From Melioribacter roseus P3M-2 (lineage in GTDB: Bacteria > Bacteroidota > Ignavibacteria > Kapaibacteriales > Kapaibacteriaceae): a stretch of 49,630 nucleotides of DNA. The stretch covers positions 1 through 49,630 of the forward strand of contig CAMCXP010000003.1 in assembly GCA_945883395.1 (NCBI GenBank), given 5' to 3'. The position numbers and the translations under genes are program-made. Each line of letters opens with the position of its first letter. Position 1 is the first letter of the stretch. Below are positions 8,746 to 19,074 of this stretch, piece by piece. The notes beneath the pieces were generated by a model that had not been told where the DNA came from, did not search any database, and saw nothing but the letters and a program-made list of their open reading frames with translations.

Positions 8746-10704
8746 TTACTTGGCAATCACTACTGTATGCTGCGAGAGCATGCTGCCGTGTCGATCGAGC
8801 AAACGAACGAGATACATGCCGCCGTCGAGATGTGTGCCATCGATACTGATACGAAGGCCCTGCGGCGCAAGCGACATTATGCGCTCTCCGAGGAGCGACG
8901 TTACAACGACACTGTTGGCATGATCGAGGATCGGCGAGACAAGTGTGAATGCTCCATTCGTAGGATTTGGGAACACGCCCGATACAAGCCGTCCGGTGGC
9001 ATCGTACACAGATGTTCCTCCACCATTGTCGGTGGTGTCTGTGCCGCCCCCTGTGGTATCGTTCATCCAGCTTCCTGTGGTGTCGCCCACGTACTCGATT
9101 GCTCCTACATCGTACAGGCCGTACGCTGGGATGTCATTGCCCGCGAGGTCACGTGTACCAACGCTTTTGCCAAGCAAGCGTTGTACATCGACACCGCCAT
9201 TGAATGCGCGAGATAACGGAGAGCTGATCGCGTACGCTGGAATTGTCTCTGGTGCAGCTGGCCAAAGAACGCTTGCGTACCCAGCTTGCACAAGGCGTGG
9301 ATCGCCGATCCATCCCGTTGGCTTGCCATCAACGCTCTCCTGTTGTGCTCCAAGACGGAGTGAGTTGAGATCGCGATAGATCGTTCCCTGATAGTCAATC
9401 GTGATGGATGATGATGGTGACCAGTAGACGTTACCTGCGAGGTGAGCTTCATACTCGACAGGCACACGAACATGTGGAACGTTGCCTGTCGTGATGATCA
9501 CATTGTTGTAGATCCGAACGTTCTCAATGCCAGGATTCCATTTCGTGATGCCAATGCCAGCGAGTTCGGGATTTGATGCTGAGGGCGAGGTGTAAATCGT
9601 GTTGTTGTAGATATATGCATCACGGATCGTCGTTGTGGTGCCGCCCTTGAACACTGTGATTGCACTTGCATTCTTACGTCCGTCGTTCACGCTGATGTTG
9701 TAGCGACACGTGTTATTGGCCCACGGACGCGCGCCATCATACTGCCCGAGCAGGTAGCCGCCACCAGCGTTGTCGTGTGAATAGCAGTACTGAATCACCG
9801 AGTTCGTGACACCGCCATCAAGGTCGAAACCAAGTCCGTCACACGAGCTATTCGTTGCATTGCGATAGCTCTCGCTGAATTGAATCGTCACATTGTTTGC
9901 ATCATAGGCCCAGATGCCCCCTGGCCCACCACAATGCACATTGTCGCGTCCGTTCTCATAGGCAACGCAATACTCTATGAGTGCTCCATCAGTGTTGCTC
10001 ACGACAATGCCATTGCCACGAATACTCTTGGGGTCGGCGAATCCAGGATGATTGTAGGCCTTGCAACGTCGAATCGTTACGTTCTTATGTGGGTATCCAA
10101 CCTGTGAGAAGAAGCCATACACTTGAATTCCATCGTACAGATTGTCGTGTACATCAAGATCCTCGAGCAAGACATTCTCGTAGCCCGAGTTACCTTGCCA
10201 TGCGCCAACACGCACGCCGGCCTGACCAAAGTCGGAGACCACGAGATTCTTCAGCACGATGTTCTTGTACTTCACATCGCCTGCGACATCTAGAAAGAAC
10301 TCAACGCCGGCCTTTGTGTTTTTATTCATCCCGGAACCCTTGATGATCAGGTTCTCGATGTGAATGCCCTGTGAGTTGTACACGTAGATTCCGTACCCAT
10401 CCTCAGCGAGAATCGTCGCTCGCGATGACGTTCCATATGTGCTGATCACGAACGGATCAACAGCGCTATTGGCATCCTTGTCATCGAAGTACAGTCTGCC
10501 GGTGAACGTCTCACCGCCATACAACAGCAGTGAATCACCTGCATTGAAGTCGACATTCATCGTGGGCCGTAGCGTGCGCCAGGCTGTTGAGGGGTGCGTG
10601 CCGTTGTTTGCATCGTTGCCAGTGATGCTCACATAGTAGGTGCTTGCCCGCACCGGCATGATCGACAGTGCAACGAGGCAGATAATGAGGGAAAGGCGCG
10701 ACAT
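8746..10704 (-). CDS. Right-handed parallel beta-helix (pectin-lyase-like) secreted protein with T9SS CTD
   Basis: TYYVSITGNDANNG start motif, Asn/Gly-rich beta-helix repeats (DGLGFDLDGG, YCYSHDNAGGG), DVGAIEY, Gly/Thr/Asp linker, VFPNPT...GMYLVRL CTD; SD GGAG upstream. Confidence 0.85.
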   Translation of the reverse strand: MSRLSLIICLVALSIMPVRASTYYVSITGNDANNGTHPSTAWRTLRPTMNVDFNAGDSLLLYGGETFTGRLYFDDKDANSAVDPFVISTYGTSSRATILAEDGYGIYVYNSQGIHIENLIIKGSGMNKNTKAGVEFFLDVAGDVKYKNIVLKNLVVSDFGQAGVRVGAWQGNSGYENVLLEDLDVHDNLYDGIQVYGFFSQVGYPHKNVTIRRCKAYNHPGFADPKSIRGNGIVVSNTDGALIEYCVAYENGRDNVHCGGPGGIWAYDANNVTIQFSESYRNATNSSCDGLGFDLDGGVTNSVIQYCYSHDNAGGGYLLGQYDGARPWANNTCRYNISVNDGRKNASAITVFKGGTTTTIRDAYIYNNTIYTSPSASNPELAGIGITKWNPGIENVRIYNNVIITTGNVPHVRVPVEYEAHLAGNVYWSPSSSITIDYQGTIYRDLNSLRLGAQQESVDGKPTGWIGDPRLVQAGYASVLWPAAPETIPAYAISSPLSRAFNGGVDVQRLLGKSVGTRDLAGNDIPAYGLYDVGAIEYVGDTTGSWMNDTTGGGTDTTDNGGGTSVYDATGRLVSGVFPNPTNGAFTLVSPILDHANSVVVTSLLGERIMSLAPQGLRISIDGTHLDGGMYLVRLLDRHGSMLSQHTVVIAK

Positions 10705-10788
10705 AACGATCTCCGAAATTCACAGCTCTAGAGGTTGGTACGTTGTCTGCGCTCGTATATACGGAAAGTCGACGAAATCGCCAATCGC

Positions 10789-11799
10789 CTACCCACGCCG
10801 CCAGCGGTTGGCCACATTCACCAAGAGGAGCATCACGGGGACTTCGATCAGGGGGCCGATCACGGCCGCAAAGGCCTGACTCGACGAGAGGCCAAAGACA
10901 GCGATGGCCACGGCGATTGCGAGCTCGAAGTTGTTCGACGCAGCTGTAAACGCCAACGTCGTGGTCTTCTCGGGATCTGTTCCCATGCGCCTGCTCAACC
11001 ACCAACTCACACCGAACATCACGAGGAAGTACACGGTAAGGGGCACACCGATCCGCACAACGTCGAGCGGCAACGCAAGCATCGTGGTTGCCTTCAGACT
11101 GAACATGAGAATGATGGTACCAAGAAGCGCGATAAGCGTCAGTGGACTAATCGCTGGGAGGAACTTCTGCTCATACCATGTTTCGCCACGCAAGCGCACC
11201 ATGGCGAATCGTGTGATCGCTCCTGCGGCGAGAGGAATGCCAAGGTAGATCGCAACGCTCTCGGCGATTTGTGGGACGCTGATGTTGATCTGTGCAGCCT
11301 CCATGCCGATCATCGGCGGGAGCCACGTCATGAAGAACCATGCGTAGATGCTGTAGAAGAACACCTGGAACAGACTGTTAAACGCAACAAGCCCGGCAGC
11401 GTATTCGCGATTGCCGCAGGCAAGGTCATTCCACACGATCACCATCGCAATACACCGTGCAAGACCAATCATGATCAAGCCTTGGACGTATGCTGGATAG
11501 TCTGCAAGGAAGACGATGGCGAGAATGAACATCAACACTGGACCAATGATCCAGTTCTGCACGAGTGAAAGTGTGAGGACCTTCCAGTCCATCACTGCCT
11601 GTCCGACAAGTTCGTACTTCACCTTGGCAAGGGGCGGGTACATCATCACGATCAGACCAATCGCCAACGGGATGTTCGTTGTGCCCGAGCTCATCAGTTC
11701 AATCGATGCAGCCAGCTCTGGGACAAGCGCGCCAAGCGCTACGCCAATCACCATGGCTGCGAGGATCCATACGGTAAGGAAACGATCGAGCAGTTTCAT
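10789..11799 (-). CDS. acr3: ACR3-family arsenite efflux transporter
   Basis: [54 protein letters not shown] motifs; multiple TM helices. Confidence 0.95.
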   Translation of the reverse strand: MKLLDRFLTVWILAAMVIGVALGALVPELAASIELMSSGTTNIPLAIGLIVMMYPPLAKVKYELVGQAVMDWKVLTLSLVQNWIIGPVLMFILAIVFLADYPAYVQGLIMIGLARCIAMVIVWNDLACGNREYAAGLVAFNSLFQVFFYSIYAWFFMTWLPPMIGMEAAQINISVPQIAESVAIYLGIPLAAGAITRFAMVRLRGETWYEQKFLPAISPLTLIALLGTIILMFSLKATTMLALPLDVVRIGVPLTVYFLVMFGVSWWLSRRMGTDPEKTTTLAFTAASNNFELAIAVAIAVFGLSSSQAFAAVIGPLIEVPVMLLLVNVANRWRRG

Positions 11800-12224
11800 C
11801 GAGTCTCCTCCGATGACGTAAGGTGCGTAGGAAGCTCGCGCACCATAGCGGCGATTTCATCGCGCACCCGACGGTACACAGGTAATGCATCGTCGTCGCT
11901 CATGCCCTGCGTAAGTCGAGGCGGATCGTCGAACGAAATATGCGTCATGCGTGAGCCGGGAAGCACCGGACAGTGCTCGCGGGCGGAGTCGCAGACCGTA
12001 ACGGCAAGGTCCCACGTCACCGCAGGAAGCTCATCAATCGTTTGCGACGGTTGTGTGCTGATATCGATGCCTACTTCGTGCATCACCGCCACGGCTCTCG
12101 GGTTGAGTCCATGAGCTTCAATGCCTGCGGACGCAACGTGTGCATCTGGGAAGTATATTCGTGCGAAGCCGGCAGCCATCTGACTACGACAGCTGTTGCC
12201 TGTGCAAAGGAAAAGGATGTTCAT
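11796..12224 (-). CDS. arsC: Arsenate reductase, LMW-PTPase fold (thioredoxin-coupled type)
   Basis: [12 protein letters not shown]-loop, distal redox pair [13 protein letters not shown] motif; ATGA overlap with acr3; start taken at MNILF. Confidence 0.93.
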   Translation of the reverse strand: MNILFLCTGNSCRSQMAAGFARIYFPDAHVASAGIEAHGLNPRAVAVMHEVGIDISTQPSQTIDELPAVTWDLAVTVCDSAREHCPVLPGSRMTHISFDDPPRLTQGMSDDDALPVYRRVRDEIAAMVRELPTHLTSSEETR

Positions 12225-12368
12225 GCCTGCAAACATCGTGATTGGCACTGATCAACACCAGTATCTCGATGTGATCGAATTGTAAACAACCGCCGAACAG
12301 TATGCATCGATGTCTGGTTGCGCATGGTCTTGCTAACTTGTTCCCACACGAATGAAGGCTGAGCTGAT

Positions 12369-13535
12369 ATGCTGTTCATATGCATAGTAGTCGCGATGAT
12401 GAGTGCGCACGTGATGTTTGCGCAAGGCGATCCACCGGAGTTTCGGTACCCGATTGAGGGCCAGCTTGGTGTTGATTACTTCCTTGTCAATCATGTTGAT
12501 CAGGATCCGGTGCAAGGGGCGATCCGCGACTATGCCTGCGGCAAGCAAACGTACGATGGACATCAGGGAACCGACTTTGTGCTGGCGTCATTTCGCCAGA
12601 TGGATTCAGGAGTGCATGTACTTGCTGCAAGTAGGGGGCGGGTGATTGCGGTTGTTGACACCTTCCCTGACCGCAATAAAGTATCTGTTGTTGCCCGAGG
12701 CTTCGGTAACTACATCGCACTTGAACATCCAGGTAACTGGATATCGTACTACGCTCACAATCGAGCAACGTCAGCCCTTGTACGTGTAGGGGATACTGTC
12801 GAAGCCGGACAGAGGATTGCTCTCGTTGGATCGAGCGGCAATAGTGAAGACCCTCATGTGCATTTCGAAGTATGGCGGGTTGTCGACCCGTTTTCCGGAA
12901 CGTGCTCTCAGTCGCAGTCGCTCTGGCGCAATCAGCCAGTGTATCGCACTGATCTTCGGGTGATCGATGCGGGGCTCACAACATGGCCCCCTGCACTTGA
13001 TACTCTTCGTGAACGACCTCCTACGGTGTCGACAATCGTACAGTCGGACTCCTCGATTACCGCATGGGCACTTGCACAGGGACTTCGCCCAACAGACAGA
13101 TATAGAATCGTCTGGCTCGCCCCTGATGGCACGCAGTGGTTTTCCTTCGAGGCTGATGCTGGACTAGAATCTAACTACATGTATTGGTGGTCGTGGATCC
13201 GACGTCCAGATGTTAATGGACGATGGAATGTGGTCATCACAGTTAACGCCAAGGAGGTCTACAGAGCATCCTTCGACGTCACAGGCGTTGTAGGTGTTCC
13301 AGAGGGTAAGATGGCCTCGTACAGCCTCGAGCAACATCGGGACGTCATCCGTGTTCACAGTGTGGCGCAGGTGCAGGTTGAGATATACAACATGCGTGGT
13401 GTAATTTGCGCACGACATGATCTTCATTCCACTGTCGGTGCATTCGTCTTGCCCGAGGCAACTGGGACATATCTCGTTGTCGTGCGACGCGGACTGCAGA
13501 TCGTTGCTCGGAGCGTCGTGTCTAGAACAGAATAA
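12369..13535 (+). CDS. Secreted M23-family metallopeptidase with a CTD-like tail
   Basis: Signal peptide; HQGTD (HxxxD), GFGNYIALEH, YAH, GSSGNS-x-PHVHFEV; C-terminus EIYNMRG...GTYLVVV. Confidence 0.85.
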   Translation: MLFICIVVAMMSAHVMFAQGDPPEFRYPIEGQLGVDYFLVNHVDQDPVQGAIRDYACGKQTYDGHQGTDFVLASFRQMDSGVHVLAASRGRVIAVVDTFPDRNKVSVVARGFGNYIALEHPGNWISYYAHNRATSALVRVGDTVEAGQRIALVGSSGNSEDPHVHFEVWRVVDPFSGTCSQSQSLWRNQPVYRTDLRVIDAGLTTWPPALDTLRERPPTVSTIVQSDSSITAWALAQGLRPTDRYRIVWLAPDGTQWFSFEADAGLESNYMYWWSWIRRPDVNGRWNVVITVNAKEVYRASFDVTGVVGVPEGKMASYSLEQHRDVIRVHSVAQVQVEIYNMRGVICARHDLHSTVGAFVLPEATGTYLVVVRRGLQIVARSVVSRTE

Positions 13536-13571
13536 GTACGTCTAACGATCATCACTTGCGGGGGCAGGTCA

Positions 13572-15272
13572 ATGAGTTTCGTTGTAACGATGACTATCGC
13601 AGTGCTATTGGGACAGTGCATTGCAGTTTGCCAACCATCCACATTGCTCTATTACGTCTCGGGACGACCGAATGAGCACGGTATCTGGGTTTCACGTGAG
13701 ATGCCCGACGGGAAGTATCAGCGTGGCACAAAGGTGCTCCTTGATGGGAAGTTCGACGGCAACGCGGTCGATCCTGATTTGGTGATGTTGCCTGATGGGC
13801 GTCTTCGGATGTACTACTTCAAGGGCTACTTCGTATCGCAGCCCCCTCCCAACGCTGGCCCCAGTCCGATCTTCAGCGCTGTCAGCACAGATGGTGTGAA
13901 CTTCACCATCGAGCAACAGGTGTTTGCGTACGATAACATCTTTGATCCTTCGGTGATTGCTCTTGGAGGTAACGAGTATCTGATGGCATGCACCCAGATG
14001 GGTAATATGTCGGTCAATACGGTGCTCGCACGAAGCAGCGATGGTGGTGCAACGTTTACCTATGAGGCGACACTTCAGAATACGGGTGTCCCTGAACTCC
14101 ATCGATTCGACGATGGCACAGTTCGCTTGTACTATGGCGGACCAGATGGCATCATGAGCAAGACGTCGCAGGATCGTGGCAAGACATGGACGCAAGAGCC
14201 CGGCTCGCGCTGCAAGGGGCAAGGGTTCATCGGCGACCCTGGCGTGTATCGATCAGATGATCAATCGTGGTGGTTGTTTGTTAAGGGATTCAACGGCACC
14301 AACAATCAGCGTCCGTCCGGACATAAGATTCAGCGTGCTCGCAGCACTGACCGCGGCATGTCGTTTGCCATTACCGACCAGCTCGTGCTCGATAGTGCCA
14401 GCGTGCCGGAAGGCATTGCATTCACATCGCGCTGCGAGATCGCCCAACAGGCCACGCCACAAACTGTATGTGCGGGTGAGAACGCTACGTTTTCGCTCAC
14501 GATGGACACCGCAGGTATAGGTGCAGTGTCCTACCGTTGGTACCGCGGCACAACACGATTGTCTGATGATGCACGATATCGTGGGTGTACTACATCGACG
14601 CTATCGATGAGCAACATTGGGGCAAGCGATGCAGGTGAATACACGTGCCACATCTCAATGTTCGTAGCAACGATAGCCATACGATCGTTGATTTCTACAG
14701 CTGCTGCGTGCTCTGTTCGCGAGATGCCTTCCATCACAACGAATCTCGACGACACGACGCGCGCTAATGTTGGTGCAACGGTGACGCTCCGTATTGCTGG
14801 GCGTGGCGAAGCTCCGCAGTGGCAGTGGTATCGCAACGGCACACCACTTCCTGCCGCAACAGCGGATCAGCTCGTGATCGACAATGTGCAATTGAGTAAT
14901 GATGGTGATTCGTACGCAGTTGAATTGCGAGATGCGTGCGATACGCTTCGATCGATGGCCACCACATTGCGCGTTATAGATCCGACAAATGTCGACGAGA
15001 TGGCACTCCAACCACACATTCGTGTAACGCCGTGTCCAGCAGCCGATGTCGTCATGATTGACCTAGATGGATCAGCTGATCGTCTGACGCATATTGACGT
15101 CATTGATAACACAGGACAGCGCTGTGCGACGTTTGATGTGCGCGGAGCGCGCGAAGTTGGAAGCTCCGTTCTTCACATCAGTGTAGCACAGTTGCCGAAT
15201 GGCGTGTATCATTGTATCGGACGTGGTCTGCAGGGTCATGTCGCTGCAGCTAGGATACATGTGATTCATTAA
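13572..15272 (+). CDS. Secreted BNR/Asp-box beta-propeller (sialidase-like) protein with two Ig-like domains and T9SS CTD
   Basis: Asp-box repeats STDGVNF, SSDGGATF, SQDRGKTW, STDRGMSF; Ig motifs YRWYRG...DAGEYTC and WQWYRNG; CTD PCPAAD...IDNTGQ...LPNGVY. Confidence 0.8.
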   Translation: MSFVVTMTIAVLLGQCIAVCQPSTLLYYVSGRPNEHGIWVSREMPDGKYQRGTKVLLDGKFDGNAVDPDLVMLPDGRLRMYYFKGYFVSQPPPNAGPSPIFSAVSTDGVNFTIEQQVFAYDNIFDPSVIALGGNEYLMACTQMGNMSVNTVLARSSDGGATFTYEATLQNTGVPELHRFDDGTVRLYYGGPDGIMSKTSQDRGKTWTQEPGSRCKGQGFIGDPGVYRSDDQSWWLFVKGFNGTNNQRPSGHKIQRARSTDRGMSFAITDQLVLDSASVPEGIAFTSRCEIAQQATPQTVCAGENATFSLTMDTAGIGAVSYRWYRGTTRLSDDARYRGCTTSTLSMSNIGASDAGEYTCHISMFVATIAIRSLISTAAACSVREMPSITTNLDDTTRANVGATVTLRIAGRGEAPQWQWYRNGTPLPAATADQLVIDNVQLSNDGDSYAVELRDACDTLRSMATTLRVIDPTNVDEMALQPHIRVTPCPAADVVMIDLDGSADRLTHIDVIDNTGQRCATFDVRGAREVGSSVLHISVAQLPNGVYHCIGRGLQGHVAAARIHVIH

Positions 15273-15286
15273 GTTCAGGACACAGC

Positions 15287-15700
15287 ATGATGAGCCTATC
15301 GCGGATCTACAGCAGCATCTCGCGAGCTGTTGCGCGCATCGCTGGACGTCCCTCGACCTTTGTCGCGGCACTCAGTTGTGTAGCGCTTTGGATATCGTCC
15401 GGACCCTTGTTCGACTTCAGTGATACGTGGCAGCTCGTTATCAATACGGCCACCACGATCGTGACGTTTCTCATGGTATTCTTGATTCAGAGCACACAGA
15501 ACCGCGACACCGAAGCTATCCACCTCAAGCTTGACGAGCTTATTCGTGTTACGCAAGGGGCTCACAATCGCATGCTCGATCTTGAAGAGCACGAGGAGCA
15601 GCAGCTCGATGAACTCCGTGAGCGCTATGAGCAGTTAGCTCGCAGTGCGCGAGAGGGTACTACGGGCAGTGAAGAGGATACGGGTTCGCCGGAGTTGTAA
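15287..15700 (+). CDS. Low-affinity iron permease family protein (Fet4-like)
   Basis: GPLFDFSDTWQLVINTATTIVTFLMVFLIQSTQNRD...KLDELI signature. Confidence 0.9.
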   Translation: MMSLSRIYSSISRAVARIAGRPSTFVAALSCVALWISSGPLFDFSDTWQLVINTATTIVTFLMVFLIQSTQNRDTEAIHLKLDELIRVTQGAHNRMLDLEEHEEQQLDELRERYEQLARSAREGTTGSEEDTGSPEL

Positions 15701-15704
15701 GGGG

Positions 15705-16985
15705 CTACTTACGCCGGATTTCACGAATACCAATCATGCGATGTCCCAGTATCTGAACAGTGCGACGTTGGTTGTTCGCAGCGACACAAACATACATTCC
15801 TGGTGCATGTTCATGAAGTGCTTCTTCGGAGCTCACGGTTGTGATGTACGCACCAGTGATGTCGTACACACGGGCAGGGTAGGTGAACGCACTCTCTGTG
15901 TCTGCTGACTCTTGAACGGATGTGGTGTGCGATGCAAGTACACGCACGATAGTGTCGGCAATGGCAGCGGGTGTGCCTGGACCCTCGTTTATGAGTACAA
16001 CAACACTTGCGCGCAGTGAGGGAACCCATAGAGCTGACGATGTGTACCCGCGTATCTCACCGCCATGACCGTAGACAATCTGTCCACCGACTGTGAGACG
16101 CCGAACACCGAGTCCGTACGAGTTGGGTGCTACGAAGGCAGTGAACTCAGACATCGACGTCGACGAAAGAACGCCGTCGGTAAACAATCGGTGGTAGAAC
16201 TCCGCATACTGACGTGCCGTTGAGATCACGGCGCCAGCTGCCCAGGCACCGCTCCACTCTGCCATCATTGGTGTTGCCGATGCATCACGTCCGCCTAACC
16301 AGCGATGCGCAAGTTCGCCGACGAGTGAGTCCTGCGGGAAGAGCCGCATTGAATCACGTTGCAGTGGCGTGGTGATGTACCGTGCGATAAGCTGGTGCAG
16401 TGGTATGCCGCCAACGATCTCAGCGATCGTACCGGCAACAAGGTAGTTGGTATTGCAGTAGGCCCAGGCAGTCCCAGGTGCAGTAGCAGCTGGTGGGATC
16501 ATCGCGAACAGTTCGTCACGTTTCCAGATGCGACGTGGGTTTGCGAGCACGGAGTCGCGATATGATTGCCCCCCTGCATACTCACCCAGTCCACTCGTGT
16601 GATTGAGGAGTTGTCGTATCGTAATCGTTGAATTGATGTATGGATGCGGCGGCAGATGCATCGACACTGCATCGTCGAGGTCGAGCAAACCCTCCTCTTG
16701 CATGCGGAGGAGGACGATGGAGGTTATTGTCTTCGTGTTGCTTCCAATCGCGAGCACCATGTCGTCGGTGATGGGGCGATCCTCATACGAAAGCCCAGCA
16801 CAGGGTGTGTAGCGCTGACCGTTCCACACAACAGCTACAGATACACCTTGGATGTCGAGACGCTGTTGCACGGCGTCAACCGCATCCTGTAGCTTCATCC
16901 GTAGAAGCTCATCCGAGGTTGCATGCGTGAGAGTGATACTTGCTAGCGCAATGTAGATGCAAAGACGTTTGTAGGGATTAGCCAT
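15705..16985 (-). CDS. Secreted serine hydrolase (beta-lactamase/D-Ala-D-Ala carboxypeptidase family) with a short CTD-like tail
   Basis: IGSNTK (SxxK), LLNHTSG, YCNTNY (YxN), GHGG; tail VYDITG...PGMYV. Start moved to ATG 16985 (signal peptide), since the 17234 start overlaps the TBDR. Confidence 0.85.
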   Translation of the reverse strand: MANPYKRLCIYIALASITLTHATSDELLRMKLQDAVDAVQQRLDIQGVSVAVVWNGQRYTPCAGLSYEDRPITDDMVLAIGSNTKTITSIVLLRMQEEGLLDLDDAVSMHLPPHPYINSTITIRQLLNHTSGLGEYAGGQSYRDSVLANPRRIWKRDELFAMIPPAATAPGTAWAYCNTNYLVAGTIAEIVGGIPLHQLIARYITTPLQRDSMRLFPQDSLVGELAHRWLGGRDASATPMMAEWSGAWAAGAVISTARQYAEFYHRLFTDGVLSSTSMSEFTAFVAPNSYGLGVRRLTVGGQIVYGHGGEIRGYTSSALWVPSLRASVVVLINEGPGTPAAIADTIVRVLASHTTSVQESADTESAFTYPARVYDITGAYITTVSSEEALHEHAPGMYVCVAANNQRRTVQILGHRMIGIREIRRK

Positions 16986-17063
16986 GCCAGAAACCTTGAG
17001 TGGAATGCGTTGGAGAAGGTACAGTGGTGAGAGGTTTAAAACGCAGTTCGAAGATGTCCTTCG

Positions 17064-17071
17064 TACCTTTG
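17064..17071 (+). promoter_or_regulatory. Bacteroidota-type -7 promoter box TACCTTTG upstream of the TBDR
   Basis: Exact TAnnTTTG match in the intergenic region. Confidence 0.6.
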
Positions 17072-17115
17072 CGACCGTTCGATGAACGGGAACTATCACC
17101 ATCACGGAGTCTGAA

Positions 17116-18990
17116 TTGATCGCTAGGGGGAGTGCACTCATCGTGAGTGTCATTGGTATGTTGTTTGCGCACGGTGGCAGCATTGGAGCGTCTATGCTCC
17201 GTAATGATGTGCGCGTTCCGGCTGATTCACTCAAGCGCGATACGGCGGTCTATCGTATGGCGCCAGTGACGGTGATTTCGAGCATCTCGCGCATGGATCC
17301 AGTGCATGCGCCATTCAGCCTTGCTGTGATTCGAGCTGAGGACATTCAAGCGCAACCGATTCGCGCAGTGAGTGATGTGCTCGCATATGTTCCTGGCGTG
17401 GATCTGCGTCAGCGCGGACCGCTTGGCGTGCAGAGCGACATTGCAATTCGTGGTGGAACATTTGAGCAGACCGCGATCATGATCGATGGACTGCGCCTGA
17501 ATGATGTGCAGACCGGACACAATACATTTAGCATTCCGTTCCTTCCGACTGACATAGAGCGTATCGAGGTGGTAAAGGGTGGCGCAGCACGCGCGCTGGG
17601 CGCTGGTGCGATGGACGGAGCAGTGAACATCGTGCTGAAGCAGCCTACGTCCGATCCATCATTGCATGCATCAGTGATGGGTGGTGATGCATCGTTCCGT
17701 GAGGCGCGCGTATCTGCATCGATCGGAAGCGAGACGTTGACGCACCGAGTGAGTGCACAGATCATGGACCATGCTGGGTGGGCTCCATCGACTGATGTAT
17801 CGCTTCAGACAGCGATGTACCACGGTGTTCTGTCGCTCGGTGAGACACGCACAAGCGTCATTCTCGGATTGAGCAATAAGGCGTTTGGAGCAAGCAGGTT
17901 CTATACGCCGAACTTCCCTGAGGCATGGGAGAAGATCACGACCGTGATCGGCGGTGCAACGTTTGATGCACCCCTTTCCGAAAGCTTTGAGATGTCGGTG
18001 CGTGCACTTGCGCGCTTGAACGACGATGAATTCCGCTTGAAGCGTGATGATCCATCATTCTACACCAATACGCACAGCACGCAGCAGTACACTGTGCAAG
18101 GACGACTCACGCGCCATGATGAAGATCGCGCAACATCATTGTTGGTCGATGCAGGGTCTGACGCTATCAACAGCTCGAATCTCGGCAAGCATGATCGCGT
18201 GCGTGGGAGTGCAATCATCGAACACGTTGAGCGGTTCGGTAATCTGCGCGTAACGCTTGGTGGTGGTGTCGTAGCCTTTAGCGATCGACTCCCGTTACCA
18301 ACTGGTGGTGTTGATGCGTCCTACTTGCTATCACAGGAAGCGTCATCAAGTGACATCGTCTTTGCTTCTGTGCAGACCAACGGACGCATTCCGACATATA
18401 CGGATCTCTACTACAGCGATCCAGTAACGACAGGTAATCCGAACTTGGTGCTCGAGCGAGCAACAACAGCAGAAGTCGGGTACCGTCATGCAACGGCATC
18501 ATCGATGCTCAACGTCGCGCTCTATGCACGTGATGGACGGAACATGATTGACTACGTGTTTGATTCCGCAGGGAATTCCACAGCAGAGAACATCACCACT
18601 GTAGAGATTCGTGGTCTTGACGCATCATACAGCACAACGCTTGCGCTTGGTCCGCTCTCGTACTTACGCGTCGGCCTCATGTATCAAAGCGTGAAGGGAT
18701 CTGCCACGGCCCGCACGTCATTCGTTGCTGATAATCTGCGCACGCAGGTCATCGTTGAAACGCGCTGGCAGTTGCCGTTCGACATTCAGGCGTCGTACAT
18801 CCCACGTCTCATCGAGCGTGTAACAACGCCAACATTGTACCTCGTGCACGATGTACGACTGATGCGATCATTTGGGATCGTGACGATCACTGCAGAGGCA
18901 ACGAATCTCACTGACCAACGCTACGTCGAAACTGGCTGGGTCGTCGTCCCACCACGCTGGGCTCGTTTGGGTGCAGCGGTGCAGCTGTGA
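17116..18990 (+). CDS. TonB-dependent outer-membrane receptor (small, BtuB-like size; substrate unknown)
   Basis: Plug motifs VLAYVPGVDL, IRGGTFEQTAIMIDG, DIERIEVVKG...GAVNI; barrel end NLTDQRY...GAAVQL; GNPNLVLE. Start uncertain (TTG 17116 or ATG 17158). Confidence 0.92.
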   Translation: MIARGSALIVSVIGMLFAHGGSIGASMLRNDVRVPADSLKRDTAVYRMAPVTVISSISRMDPVHAPFSLAVIRAEDIQAQPIRAVSDVLAYVPGVDLRQRGPLGVQSDIAIRGGTFEQTAIMIDGLRLNDVQTGHNTFSIPFLPTDIERIEVVKGGAARALGAGAMDGAVNIVLKQPTSDPSLHASVMGGDASFREARVSASIGSETLTHRVSAQIMDHAGWAPSTDVSLQTAMYHGVLSLGETRTSVILGLSNKAFGASRFYTPNFPEAWEKITTVIGGATFDAPLSESFEMSVRALARLNDDEFRLKRDDPSFYTNTHSTQQYTVQGRLTRHDEDRATSLLVDAGSDAINSSNLGKHDRVRGSAIIEHVERFGNLRVTLGGGVVAFSDRLPLPTGGVDASYLLSQEASSSDIVFASVQTNGRIPTYTDLYYSDPVTTGNPNLVLERATTAEVGYRHATASSMLNVALYARDGRNMIDYVFDSAGNSTAENITTVEIRGLDASYSTTLALGPLSYLRVGLMYQSVKGSATARTSFVADNLRTQVIVETRWQLPFDIQASYIPRLIERVTTPTLYLVHDVRLMRSFGIVTITAEATNLTDQRYVETGWVVVPPRWARLGAAVQL

Positions 18991-19009
18991 TCAGATAGGC
19001 ATCAACGTA

Positions 19010-19042
19010 AACGCCCCATCACGAACATCGTGATGGGGCGTT
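19010..19042. terminator. Hairpin between convergent genes, probable bidirectional terminator
   Basis: AACGCCCCATCACGA-aca-TCGTGATGGGGCGTT, perfect 15-bp stem. Confidence 0.8.
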
Positions 19043-19074
19043 GTTGTTTCGCGTCTATTCTTGAGCTGAGGCGC

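Noticed and set aside
12352-12387. Short ORF MKAELICCSYA after TAACTTG, overlapping the M23 start
   Set aside because: Very short, with no independent support; likely chance or a start-region ambiguity
16986-17234. N-terminal extensions in the ORF track (also 1778-1987, 24610-24771, 45516-45650, 45807-45980, 46855-46983, 47814-48170)
   Set aside because: They overlap neighbouring genes or promoters, and downstream starts give proper signal peptides or family N-termini
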